Assembly (NCBI GenBank): GCA_039591655.1 | Contig: JBDHDE010000017.1 | Coordinates: 1 to 46,813 of the forward strand | Reading direction: 5' to 3' | Origin: Gemmatimonadota bacterium | Lineage (GTDB): Bacteria; Gemmatimonadota; Gemmatimonadetes; Gemmatimonadales; GWC2-71-9 | DNA: 46,813 bases | Part shown: piece by piece, positions 26,934-36,269 of the stretch | Position numbering within the stretch: the stretch's first letter is position 1 | How the letters are laid out: each line of letters begins with the position of its first letter | The notes under the pieces: model-generated | Seen by the model: the letters and a program-made list of their open reading frames with translations, nothing else | Told to the model about the DNA's origin: nothing | Database searches by the model: none | Program-made: the position numbers and the translations under genes

Positions 26934-29453
26934 CTAGCCGCACTCGCTGTAGCCGCATACGTGGCATTTGACGCACCCTTCGGCGAACTCGAGCTGTGAG
27001 CCGCAGTCAGGGCACGCACCGGCGAGCTGCTCCGCTTCGAGGTGCTGGAACTCGAACATGATGCCGCCGTCCCCAGGGACGGGGCCGCGGCCGGCCGGCG
27101 CCGCCGCATCGCGCCCGGCCGCCTGGGCGTCCAGCAGATCCTGCTGTACGCCCTGCTTTTCCTGCATCCACCGCTCGATGGCGATACCGATGGCGTCGGG
27201 CACGGACAGCACCTTGTTGGGGCCCAGCCCCACTGCCCGGTCGGAAGAGATCATCCGGAGCTGCCGGTGGATCTCGGCGAGGGGAATCCCGGACCGCAGG
27301 CCCAGGGAGATGAGCCGGCCGATGGCTTCCACGTCCGCCATCAGCGCGCCGCCGGCCTTCCCGAGGCTCATGAAGATCTCGAAAGGCTGGCCGAGGTCGT
27401 CCTCGGTGAGGGTGACGTAGAGTGTGCCCAGCGGGGTCTCCAGGCGCCGCGTCGTGCCCTTGAGCAGCTCGGGTCGAGACCGCTTGGCGCGGCGCTGCAG
27501 GTTCTCCGACTCGACCTCGTGCAGTTGCTTCTTGGTGCGGAGCAATTCGGCTTCGAGCTCGGCGACGGTTGCCTTGAGCTCCACGACCTGGTTCTTGAGA
27601 GCCGCGGCCTCCTCGGGCACGACGGACTCGGCGGCGTCTCCGGCAGCCTGCTCCTTGACCTTCTTGGCGGTCTTCCCGGTGGACAGCACCTGCATCTCCC
27701 GGCTGCCGTCACGGTACACCGTCACGCCCTTGCAGCCGAGCTCGAACGCGAGCTCGTAGATCTCGCGGACGTCGTCCTCGGTCGCCTGGTGCGGGAAGTT
27801 GCACGTCTTGCTGATGGCGCTGTCCGTGTGCTCCTGGAATGCCGCCTGCATGCGGATGTGCCACTCGGGCGACACGTCGTGGGCGGTCACGAACACCCGG
27901 CGCCACTGCTCAGGCACCTCGGGGAAGTCGATGTGGCCCTCCTCCGCGATGCGGCGAACCAGCTCCTCGGAGTACCAGCCTTCACGCGTGGCGATCTCCA
28001 CGAAGTCGTCGTTCACGTCCGGCATCAGGACGCCCGCCTGATTCCGCATGAAGGCCACGGCGAAGAGGGGCTCGATGCCCGAAGAGCAGCCGGCGATGAT
28101 CGAGATCGTCCCGGTGGGTGCCACCGTGGTCATGTTGCAGTTGCGCAGCCGGCGCATTGGCCGAATGCGCTGCCCCGTCACGTCCCTGGCGCAGTCCCCG
28201 TCCGGCCCCCAAATGCTGTGCTCCCACTCGGGGAAGACGCCCCGTTCCTGCGCCAAGCGTTCGCTCTCGACCTTCGATTCCTCGTCCACGAACCGCATCA
28301 GACGGCGCGCCCACTCGATGGCCTCATCGGAGTTGTAGGGCACACCGAGGCGAGCTACGAAGTCCGCCCAGCCCATCACTCCGAGACCGATTCGGCGGAT
28401 GCGGTTGGCGAGGTCGGTGATCTCCGGCAGCGGATACTTGTTGACGTCGATGACGTTGTCGAGGAAGTGCGTGCACAGGTGTACCGCGCGCCGCAGACCG
28501 TCCCAGTCGACTTCGCCGTTCTTCACGAACACCCCGACATTGATGGAGCCGAGGTTGCACACGTCGTACGGCAGGAGCGGCTGCTCACCACACGGGTTGG
28601 TGGCCTCGTAGCTCCCCAAGTGCGGCACCGGGTTGTAATGGTTCGCCTGGTCGATGAAGAACACTCCCGGCTCGCCCGTCTTCCAGGCACCGTGCACGAT
28701 CTTGGCGAACACCGCGCGGGCATCCAGCGTGCCGACCGCCGCGCCGCTCCGGGGGTGAATCAGCTCGTACTCGCTTCCCGCCTCCACGGCCTTCATGAAG
28801 GCGTCGGTCACGGCCACCGAGATGTTGAAGTTCGTGATCCTGGTGATGTCGTCCTTGCAGGTGATGAACTCGAGAATGTCCGGGTGATCCACCCGCAGGA
28901 TGCCCATGTTGGCGCCGCGACGCGTCCCCCCCTGCTTCACCACGTCGGTCGAAGCGTCGTACAGCGACATGAACGACACCGGCCCGGAGGCTACCCCCAT
29001 CGTGGACCGCACGATGTCGTTCTGGGGCCGCAGCCGCGAGAAGCCGAAGCCGGTACCGCCGCCGGACTGATGGACCAGGGCCATGTTGCGCAGCGTGTCG
29101 TAGATCCCCGCCTTGCCCGTGGAGAGCGCATCCTCCACCGGCAGCACGAAGCACGCCGAGAGTTGCCCCAAGGGCCGACCCGCGTTCATCAGAGTGGGGC
29201 TGTTGGGCATCCACACCCGAGTGGCCATCAGCTCGTAGAACGTCTCCGCCACGGCCTCCACCGCCCCCGGGCTGGCCCCGTAGGTCGCGTCGGCTGCGGC
29301 TATGGTCCGAGCGACCCGCCAGAAGAGGTCCTCGGGCCCCTCCACGGGCTCGCCCTGGTCGTCCTTGACCAAGTAGCGGCGCCTGAGGACCGTGATCGCG
29401 TTCTCACTGAGTTGCGGCGTCACATGCCGCTCCGATTCACCCGCAAAGCCCAT
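26934..29453 (-). CDS. nrdJ: Class II (adenosylcobalamin-dependent) ribonucleotide reductase
   Basis: PNSPTLMNAG, LSACFV, RRGANMG, ATNPCGEQPL...CNLGS, APTGTIS, AISKT, TVYRDGSR. C-terminal TSCPD-like domain and CPDC/CHVC zinc ribbon. No beta-subunit gene nearby. Confidence 0.95.
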   Translation of the reverse strand: MGFAGESERHVTPQLSENAITVLRRRYLVKDDQGEPVEGPEDLFWRVARTIAAADATYGASPGAVEAVAETFYELMATRVWMPNSPTLMNAGRPLGQLSACFVLPVEDALSTGKAGIYDTLRNMALVHQSGGGTGFGFSRLRPQNDIVRSTMGVASGPVSFMSLYDASTDVVKQGGTRRGANMGILRVDHPDILEFITCKDDITRITNFNISVAVTDAFMKAVEAGSEYELIHPRSGAAVGTLDARAVFAKIVHGAWKTGEPGVFFIDQANHYNPVPHLGSYEATNPCGEQPLLPYDVCNLGSINVGVFVKNGEVDWDGLRRAVHLCTHFLDNVIDVNKYPLPEITDLANRIRRIGLGVMGWADFVARLGVPYNSDEAIEWARRLMRFVDEESKVESERLAQERGVFPEWEHSIWGPDGDCARDVTGQRIRPMRRLRNCNMTTVAPTGTISIIAGCSSGIEPLFAVAFMRNQAGVLMPDVNDDFVEIATREGWYSEELVRRIAEEGHIDFPEVPEQWRRVFVTAHDVSPEWHIRMQAAFQEHTDSAISKTCNFPHQATEDDVREIYELAFELGCKGVTVYRDGSREMQVLSTGKTAKKVKEQAAGDAAESVVPEEAAALKNQVVELKATVAELEAELLRTKKQLHEVESENLQRRAKRSRPELLKGTTRRLETPLGTLYVTLTEDDLGQPFEIFMSLGKAGGALMADVEAIGRLISLGLRSGIPLAEIHRQLRMISSDRAVGLGPNKVLSVPDAIGIAIERWMQEKQGVQQDLLDAQAAGRDAAAPAGRGPVPGDGGIMFEFQHLEAEQLAGACPDCGSQLEFAEGCVKCHVCGYSECG

Positions 29454-29633
29454 GGAATCCCCACCTTGAGGTGTTAGCCGATCCAGCTAATAAAGCTAAT
29501 GCACAACCTTGAAGAGCAGTACGGCCGGAAATGCGGCGCGGAGTGGCAAGGTAGGAGTGTACCGTGCGCCTCGCAAGTGGCCGGAAGCGCCCTCACCGGG
29601 CGGGACTTCCGCGTTTTGCACATCACATAGCTG

Positions 29634-29744
29634 TTATTGTGCCTCGGGTGGCCGCTCGAACGCTCCGGCGATGCTGGCGTCCGCGCCCAAAGAAACATCC
29701 CCGAGGACCACGGCCCCCGGGGCGATGTAGGCGCTGGGATGGAT
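29634..29744 (-). pseudogene. Truncated relic of a gamma-carbonic anhydrase/YrdA-like gene
   Basis: IHPSAYIAPGAVVLGDVSLGADASI matches the family N-terminus. Homology breaks where WFxAVLRGD is expected and a stop follows 11 residues later. No nearby start codon. Confidence 0.65.
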
Positions 29745-29761
29745 GCGGCCGCGGATCGGGA

Positions 29762-31723
29762 TTACCGGGGCCGCGGCTGGATGGTGAGCCGGAGCCAGGC
29801 GTCCACCGGCCGCCCGTTCTTGGTGGCGGGCTGGTAGGTCATCTGCTCCAGGGCGAAGTGGCCGGCGGCCCTGGTGAACTGCGGGACGTTGGAGTAGCGG
29901 TGCCACTGGATCGTCTCTGCCGTGCCGTCCGCCCGGACCTTAACCCACAGGACCACCGGGTCCGGCCGCTGCTGCACCCCCTCGGGGATCAAGACCCGCG
30001 GCACCAATGTGCCCCGCGGCTCGGTGTCGAAGCAGCTGCCGTCCTGGTTGTACTCGGCACCGGGCTGCGAGCAGTAGTCCACCGGCTCGCGCTGCGCCGG
30101 GGCCTGCGGTTGGGACGGCGGCGCCTGGGCCACCTGGAGGGGCCGGAGCGTGACGGGCACCCGCACCGTGTCGCCCCGGGCCACCGCCACAGTGGTGTCG
30201 AAGTCCTCGGAGCCGGTCTTCCGCACCCTGATTCTCACGCTTCCCGGCGGCACCGGGAACGTGGTGCCCTCCTGCTGGTCGCCGTCCACGAACGCCTGGG
30301 CCAGGGGGGGAACGCCGCGCAGCACCACCAGGCCGGTGGGCGGCAGCTCGCTGACGGGCGTGGCCGCCGTATCCCCGGCGGCTCCCGTGTCCGCCGCCGC
30401 CAGGCCGGCGGAATCCGCGGCGGCGATCCCCAGCGAGTCCTGCGCCGCACCCAAGGAGTCCTCGCCGGCCACGGCGGTGGACTCGGCGGGCAAACCCTGC
30501 TGCGGCTGTAGGAACGGGAGGGGCCACTGGGCCCCCATCCCGAAGTACCAATAGCCGCCGGCCCCGCCGGCACCCAGGGCGAGCATGGTCAGCATCCCGA
30601 CGAGGACGCCGCTGCGCTTCCTCCTCTCGGGCTTGACCTGCGCCGCCGGGATCGGAGTAGTGGGCGTGCTGGGTCGCGCGTCCGCCGGGATGCTCCTGGG
30701 GGTCGTGGGTGGCGGCGCCGGCACCTCCGACGTTGCCACCTCGGAGGCCGCGGTGGATGGCGTGGCCCTGCGCTGCGGCGTTCTGAACCGGCCCTCCATC
30801 GCCGCGATCAGCTCTCCGGCGTCCTGGAACCGCTCGTCGGCGGACTTCGACAGCATGCGCCGGATGACGCCCATCAGCGAGCGTTCCTCGGAGGTGTGCA
30901 GCTCGGGCGTCGGCACCTCCTCCATGATGTGCTTGTACCCGATGGAGAAGGCGTCCTCACCGTCGAACGGCACCTGACCCGTGAGGCACTGGTACGCCAC
31001 GACGCCGAGTGAGTAGATGTCGCTCCGCCCATCCAGGGGCTGCGCCCGCGCCTGCTCCGGGCTCATGTAGTGCGGGGTGCCTATGGACATCCCGGTGCCG
31101 GTGAGTCGCGAGCCGGTCGCCGCCTTGGCAATGCCGAAGTCGGTGAGGACGGAGTGCCCCAGCTCGTCGAACATGATGTTGTCCGGCTTGATGTCCCGGT
31201 GCACGATGCTGTGCTGGTGCGCGTAGCCCAGCGCGCCGCCTGCTTGCACCAGGATCTGCCGGATCTGGGCCGGCGTGAGGGTGCCCCGCTGGGTGAGGAG
31301 CGTCGACAGAGCGCCGCCCCTCAGGAACTTCATCACGAAGTAGATGACACGACCCGTCTTCCCGACGCGATAGATCGGAATGATGTGGGGGTGCTCGAGC
31401 TTCGCCGCTGTACGGGCCTCGCGTTGGAAACGCTCGACGAACTCCGCGTCGAACGCGAGTGAGAAGGGAAGGACCTTGATCGCGACTTCGCGTTCGAGGT
31501 GCCTGTCGCGGGCCCTGAACACGATGGCCATGCCCCCGCGACCCAGCTCCTTCTGGATCTCCCACTCGTCGGCCAGCGCGTCGCGGACGACGTCGAACTC
31601 GCTCTCGTCGGAGCGGTCGGGCTGCACTGCCGCGAGGGGCGTAGTCGTAGCGAGGTCCAGCCCGCAGGAGGGGCAGAACCTAGCCTGATTGTCGACTTCC
31701 GTACCGCAACGCGAACAGTACAT
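29762..31723 (-). CDS. Membrane Ser/Thr kinase: Zn-ribbon - kinase - TM - PEGA-like - TonB C-terminal-like domain
   Basis: CSRC/CPSC, GRGGMA, VAIK, HRDIKPDN, DFG, GTPHYMSPE. TM VLVGMLTMLALG. C-terminus VKVRADG...YQPATKNGRPVDAW. Confidence 0.9.
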   Translation of the reverse strand: MYCSRCGTEVDNQARFCPSCGLDLATTTPLAAVQPDRSDESEFDVVRDALADEWEIQKELGRGGMAIVFRARDRHLEREVAIKVLPFSLAFDAEFVERFQREARTAAKLEHPHIIPIYRVGKTGRVIYFVMKFLRGGALSTLLTQRGTLTPAQIRQILVQAGGALGYAHQHSIVHRDIKPDNIMFDELGHSVLTDFGIAKAATGSRLTGTGMSIGTPHYMSPEQARAQPLDGRSDIYSLGVVAYQCLTGQVPFDGEDAFSIGYKHIMEEVPTPELHTSEERSLMGVIRRMLSKSADERFQDAGELIAAMEGRFRTPQRRATPSTAASEVATSEVPAPPPTTPRSIPADARPSTPTTPIPAAQVKPERRKRSGVLVGMLTMLALGAGGAGGYWYFGMGAQWPLPFLQPQQGLPAESTAVAGEDSLGAAQDSLGIAAADSAGLAAADTGAAGDTAATPVSELPPTGLVVLRGVPPLAQAFVDGDQQEGTTFPVPPGSVRIRVRKTGSEDFDTTVAVARGDTVRVPVTLRPLQVAQAPPSQPQAPAQREPVDYCSQPGAEYNQDGSCFDTEPRGTLVPRVLIPEGVQQRPDPVVLWVKVRADGTAETIQWHRYSNVPQFTRAAGHFALEQMTYQPATKNGRPVDAWLRLTIQPRPR

Positions 31724-31769
31724 CCATCTCTCCCAGAATTCTCAACCTACGGCCCGCGGCAAAACACTG

Positions 31770-34016
31770 TCAACCGCCGACCTGCACTACCTCCAACGGT
31801 GCTTCCCGCTCGATCTCGACCTCGCCGGCCGGGTCCTCCACCACGATACGCAGCGTGTATTGCCCCGGCTTCAGGTCGCTTATGTCCACTGTCTGGAACA
31901 CCGGCGTGTACCGGCTCTCGGCCACGCCTTCGAACGTCAACGCGATGGGCGGTCCGCCGCCGCCGAACAGACGCCCTATCCAGCTGAAGATCGAGCCGCC
32001 CCCCTCCTTGCGAACCTCGAGTCGCGTCCGGTAGGTCGCGCCCCGCTCGAGACCGTGCACCTCGTAGTAGACCTGCAGGTTCGCCGCCACCGGGTAACCC
32101 GGCAGCGGGTTGAGACTGACCTGGAGCTCACCCGTGGCCCACGTGAGGCCGGATCCAGCCCGGCCCACGACCAGGTCGCTCATCACCAGCGAATCCGCCC
32201 CGAAGTCCGGCACTACGACGCTGTCACCGGTATGCACCTCGCCCGCCCCGCGCCACGGCTGCCCGATGGCGACCCGCAACGCATAGTCCCCCTCGGGAAC
32301 CGGCGCGGTCAGGAAGCCCGCCAGGTACTGGCCTTCGACCAACGGCTCGGCCACGCTGAACACGCGCAGCGTATCGACGTACGTCACCGCGGCTTCGCCG
32401 GGCTGCGCCACCACCAGGCGCATTTGCACCGGGTAGGCGACGCGATCACCCAAGGGCTGCGAGGCGACCGAGGTCGCCGGGACGGCGAACACCACCAGCA
32501 CCCGCCCGTCCCCGGTCGCCGAGTCACCCAGCACGAAGTACTGGACCCTCGCGTCCATGGGGACATCGAACCGCAGCCGATAGCTGTCGGTGGTGGTCCC
32601 GATCCCGATGGAGCGATCACCCATCTGTCGTTCCTCGGCAAGCACGCGGCCCTGTCCCGCAGCGCTGGTGGTCGTCAGACGTTGGTAGACCGGATCCATC
32701 GTCATACGGGATTCGAACAGGCCGTGGAACCGGGGATCGTTCCGCCCCGCCGCCTGTAGCTCGATGGAGGCCTCCAACCCGAACACGTCGGTGAGGCTCT
32801 CTACCAGCTTGTAGTCCTGCACGTCGGCGTGCGCCACGAAGTGGAACAGCAGATTTCCGTCCGACCGGAGGTACATCCACGACTCGTTCGGATCCACGTT
32901 CGGCGCGTTGTAAACCGCCCGCTCGTCGGGCTCGCCATGCCGCATGTACACGACCCCGCGGTCGTCGAACACCTGCTGCTCGGTCCGATAGGGGTTGACG
33001 ACGTCGTAGCGCCGGTGCCGGCTCACCAGCCGGAAGTCCCGCAGCGAGCGGAAGTACCGCCGGTAGTGCTCTGTCAGCCGCTCCCCCGGGGCGCGGGCGT
33101 CGGCCGCCTCGCGGCGCTCCCAAAACTGATGGAGCCACGCGGACCGGTCCTCCGCCGGCACGAGGTCGAACTGCGCCAGCTCCTCGGGCGTCGCGACCCA
33201 GGAGATGTCCTGGCGATGCAGGGCCACGGCGTCCGGTGTATGGGCGAGCGGCGCCCCCTCGTAGTACGTGTATTCCGCCTCCTCCGGCTCGTTCACGAAG
33301 TACAGCGTCCGAGCCACCTCCAGAAACCCGATCCCCGAATCCCCGCCCAGCTCCAGGTAATCGCCGAATGCGACCAGGGCTGAGTCGCCCTCTCCCATCG
33401 CGCGCTCGACCCTGCCGCGAGCCAGCTGGAGGGCGGGTACGTCGGCCGCCTCCGTCCGCGCAGCTTCCCGCACCGCTTCCAGCGCCAGCTCCATTCGAGG
33501 CCTGATCCGCTGCCGCATCGCGGTCTCTGCCAGGTCCACGACCGCGTCGGCGAATGCGGGATCGGCCCGAGCCGCCCGCCCGAACGCCTGGGCCGCTTTG
33601 GAGAGATAGTCCAATCCCAGCACCTGCCGGATGTTCTCCAGCGCGATGAAGGAGTGCTCCCCCATCGACAACTCGGCGAGGCCCAGCCCATACCAGGCAT
33701 ACGGCCACTCCGGCTCCAGTTCGGCAGCCCACTCGAACTCGGAGCCCGCGTCGTCGTAGTGCTGCTTCTCTCCGGTGATCTCGCCGAGTCGATAGGCCAG
33801 AAAGCCGAGCTTGACGTGCAGCAGCGCGCTGTCCCGTTCGATCCGCGCCACATCGATCATCGCAGACTCCAGTTGCCGCAGCTCGAGGCTGTCCTCGACA
33901 GCCGCGATCGAGTCACGGAACCACTCGATCGAGTCCCGCTGCGCCGGAGTCTGGGCGGCGGCGGTCACCGCTCCAATTAGCCCAGAAAAAGCCATCAAAA
34001 CCGTGCGGAAGCTCAC
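31770..34016 (-). CDS. GWxTD domain-containing exported protein with TPR-like N-terminus
   Basis: Signal peptide ending AAA-Q, TPR-like helices, FWERR...EHYRR, DDRGVVYMRHGEPD, NESWMY and a C-terminal beta-sandwich. Start estimated at GTG 34016. Confidence 0.8.
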   Translation of the reverse strand: MSFRTVLMAFSGLIGAVTAAAQTPAQRDSIEWFRDSIAAVEDSLELRQLESAMIDVARIERDSALLHVKLGFLAYRLGEITGEKQHYDDAGSEFEWAAELEPEWPYAWYGLGLAELSMGEHSFIALENIRQVLGLDYLSKAAQAFGRAARADPAFADAVVDLAETAMRQRIRPRMELALEAVREAARTEAADVPALQLARGRVERAMGEGDSALVAFGDYLELGGDSGIGFLEVARTLYFVNEPEEAEYTYYEGAPLAHTPDAVALHRQDISWVATPEELAQFDLVPAEDRSAWLHQFWERREAADARAPGERLTEHYRRYFRSLRDFRLVSRHRRYDVVNPYRTEQQVFDDRGVVYMRHGEPDERAVYNAPNVDPNESWMYLRSDGNLLFHFVAHADVQDYKLVESLTDVFGLEASIELQAAGRNDPRFHGLFESRMTMDPVYQRLTTTSAAGQGRVLAEERQMGDRSIGIGTTTDSYRLRFDVPMDARVQYFVLGDSATGDGRVLVVFAVPATSVASQPLGDRVAYPVQMRLVVAQPGEAAVTYVDTLRVFSVAEPLVEGQYLAGFLTAPVPEGDYALRVAIGQPWRGAGEVHTGDSVVVPDFGADSLVMSDLVVGRAGSGLTWATGELQVSLNPLPGYPVAANLQVYYEVHGLERGATYRTRLEVRKEGGGSIFSWIGRLFGGGGPPIALTFEGVAESRYTPVFQTVDISDLKPGQYTLRIVVEDPAGEVEIEREAPLEVVQVGG

Positions 34017-34175
34017 ACCGATATATACCCGAAGATTGGCCACCCGTTCAGCTCTCTGAGACCGTATGCGACGGCAGAATCGCGCTGACGCGACTGTGTC
34101 TGTGGAACCCACAGCGAACGCGGCCCGTTCCAGATTCCGCGCTCCCCGCAACGCCCCGCGGGGGGCATCGCCGGC

Positions 34176-36143
34176 TCAGCGACCCTCGGTCGACCGGGAG
34201 GAGAGGAACGCACGGAGCCCCTCCACGATGCCCCTGGCGTAGCGCTGCTGACCCTCCCGGCTCGCGAGGACCGCCTCTTGGTCGGGGAGCATCAGGAACA
34301 GCCCCTCGGTGAGGGCCGCCGGCATCCAGGTGGGCCTCACCAGGGCCAGGTCGCCGCGTCCCACACCCAGGTCGCGGAAACCGAGCTGGGCCACGAGGGC
34401 CCGGTCCAGCGCCCGGGCGAGAGGCACGCTGCGGGGGTGGAAGAAGTAGACGCTGGTGCCGTTGTTCACGAACGGGTTGACCCCGTCGGGCAGCGCGTTG
34501 GCGTGCACCGACACGAGGACGTCGGCATCCGCCAACTCGGGGCCCCGGGTTCGCGCCGCGAGGCCCAGGGAAGATTCCGTGGCCCGCGTGAGGTACACGC
34601 GGGCACCGCGGGCCTCCAGCATCGCCTTGGCCGCGAGGGCGACCGCCAGATTGACCTGGGACTCCGGCGTCCCTGTCGGCCCCACGGCCCCTCCCGGCGG
34701 ATGCCCCGGATCGAGGGCGATGAGCCGGCCCCGCAACGGATGCCGGCGATCGATCGATGGCGGCCGGCGGATCTCGAGCACCAGGTCGCGTCCCGACCAC
34801 CGCGTGCGGTACCCCCACACCTGCTCGCGCAGCGCAACCCGCACGACGGTCACGTCCTCGGCGGGCTGCTCAAAGGTGACCAGCTCTACAAACCGGTCTG
34901 TTCCGGAGTACTGGATCCAGTCAACGTCGGCCGCCACACCGTAGAGGGTCACGCTCAGCTCCCGCGCCGTCTCGTCCACCCGATACGGAATGCGGCCCGG
35001 GAGCGGCATGCGGAGCACCACCGAGCGCTCTCCCGGAACGATCCTGAGTGACTCAAGCGTACCGTGGGACGCAGGGTAGCCGACGGGGATGGGCTGCACG
35101 TCAGCGGCGTCCACCCACGCCACCGTGCTCCGGGCGAGCTGCAGTCGCAGTTGGCGGTTCCACCGGCCGCTCACCGCGGCGACGGTGCCGGTAGGAAAGA
35201 ACCAGTGATACGTGCCATAGGGTGAGGGGCGCCCCGCCACGATGCTGTCGGTCGCGCCCGTCCCGGCCGAATCGTCATTCACCACCACGAGCCTGGGGAC
35301 CGCCGGATCGAGCACCCCGAGCCTCAGGGGCCAGCGGGCCCGGGCCGTGTCGGCCCCCAGTGCCACCTGGAGCCAACCCCAGGCGGTGTCGGCGGCGGCC
35401 GGGGCGCTGTCCGGGGCCAGGACGTTTCCCGGGTCCGGCCCCAGCGGTCCCGCGAGCCAGCCCACATAGCGGGTGCGGTTCACCGGCCGCTCCCCAGGGT
35501 ACACCGTGCCGAAGGCACGCTCGCCCCAGGGGAGCTCCTCGGGGACCGGGTCGGGGATGAGCCGCACGGCGACGCTGTCACTCACCCACAGCCGCACGTC
35601 GGCGCCCGGTGCCGCCTGCACCGCCAGCGGCACGCCCTCACCGGCGCGCACCCAGCGATCCCCCGCCGGCCGGAACGAGGTGGTGTCGATCCACACCGAA
35701 TCCCGAGCCGGCTGGAACCCGCGGCGAATGGGAGCGAGGAACGTCATGCGGGCCGTATCGGCCCCGGCCGATGCCACCAACTCGAAGCGGGCGAGCGAGT
35801 CATCGGGCAGGGGGACCCACGCGATCCAGCCACCGGTGGGATAGACCGCCACCGGCCGGCCGTTCACAGTGAGGCGGGCATCGCCCCGCCCCGTGGAGCC
35901 GAGTATGAAGGCCGAGTCACGAGCGCCGACGGCATAGGTGGAGTCCGCCGGCACCACGAGCCACGTGTCGGGCCCCGCCCGCAGCGGGACCTGTGGGCGG
36001 GGATAGGCAACGCGCAGCGCGAGGGGCCCGGTCACGACGGGGGGTGGGGGTAGCGGGTCGTGGGGCCCCAGGGCGCCCCCGGCACATGCAGCGCCGAGGG
36101 AACCGACGACCCAGACCACGGCGGCGCGGAGGGTGCGCTGCAT
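34176..36143 (-). CDS. N-acetylmuramoyl-L-alanine amidase (Amidase_3), lipoprotein
   Basis: Lipobox GAA-C. Zn/catalytic motifs LDPGH, ESQVN, SVHANA, LTEGLF. Confidence 0.92.
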   Translation of the reverse strand: MQRTLRAAVVWVVGSLGAACAGGALGPHDPLPPPPVVTGPLALRVAYPRPQVPLRAGPDTWLVVPADSTYAVGARDSAFILGSTGRGDARLTVNGRPVAVYPTGGWIAWVPLPDDSLARFELVASAGADTARMTFLAPIRRGFQPARDSVWIDTTSFRPAGDRWVRAGEGVPLAVQAAPGADVRLWVSDSVAVRLIPDPVPEELPWGERAFGTVYPGERPVNRTRYVGWLAGPLGPDPGNVLAPDSAPAAADTAWGWLQVALGADTARARWPLRLGVLDPAVPRLVVVNDDSAGTGATDSIVAGRPSPYGTYHWFFPTGTVAAVSGRWNRQLRLQLARSTVAWVDAADVQPIPVGYPASHGTLESLRIVPGERSVVLRMPLPGRIPYRVDETARELSVTLYGVAADVDWIQYSGTDRFVELVTFEQPAEDVTVVRVALREQVWGYRTRWSGRDLVLEIRRPPSIDRRHPLRGRLIALDPGHPPGGAVGPTGTPESQVNLAVALAAKAMLEARGARVYLTRATESSLGLAARTRGPELADADVLVSVHANALPDGVNPFVNNGTSVYFFHPRSVPLARALDRALVAQLGFRDLGVGRGDLALVRPTWMPAALTEGLFLMLPDQEAVLASREGQQRYARGIVEGLRAFLSSRSTEGR

Positions 36144-36151
36144 GGTGGCGG

Positions 36152-36181
36152 AACCTAAACTGTACCAACGAGCTACGTCAA
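36152..36181 (-). promoter_or_regulatory. Sigma70-type promoter for the amidase (near-leaderless)
   Basis: Minus strand TTGACG-18 nt-TAGGTT, 8 nt before the ATG. No SD sequence. Confidence 0.6.
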
Positions 36182-36191
36182 TTTCGCTTGG

Positions 36192-36220
36192 TTGACCCCT
36201 ATTTTGGCGGCGTGTAGATT
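36192..36220 (+). promoter_or_regulatory. Sigma70-type promoter for the FHA-kinase-phosphatase-protease operon
   Basis: TTGACC-17 nt-TAGATT. Confidence 0.65.
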
Positions 36221-36269
36221 GGCTGACCGCCGCGCTAAGCGAGCGCCTCGCCGGATGGGAGCACTAACC

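Noticed and set aside
26934..29453. Intein or intron in nrdJ
   Set aside because: Catalytic motifs are contiguous, with no splice-junction or homing-endonuclease motifs.
27042..29477. 811-aa plus-strand ORF and similar long antisense ORFs (e.g. 39858-41531, 43567-45174, 23484-24806)
   Set aside because: Mirror frames of well-supported genes, with Arg/Gly/His-rich shadow composition.
29454..29633. NrdR box or cobalamin riboswitch upstream of nrdJ
   Set aside because: No match to the NrdR palindrome or B12 box. Only short repeats (TTAGC/GCTAA) of unclear meaning.
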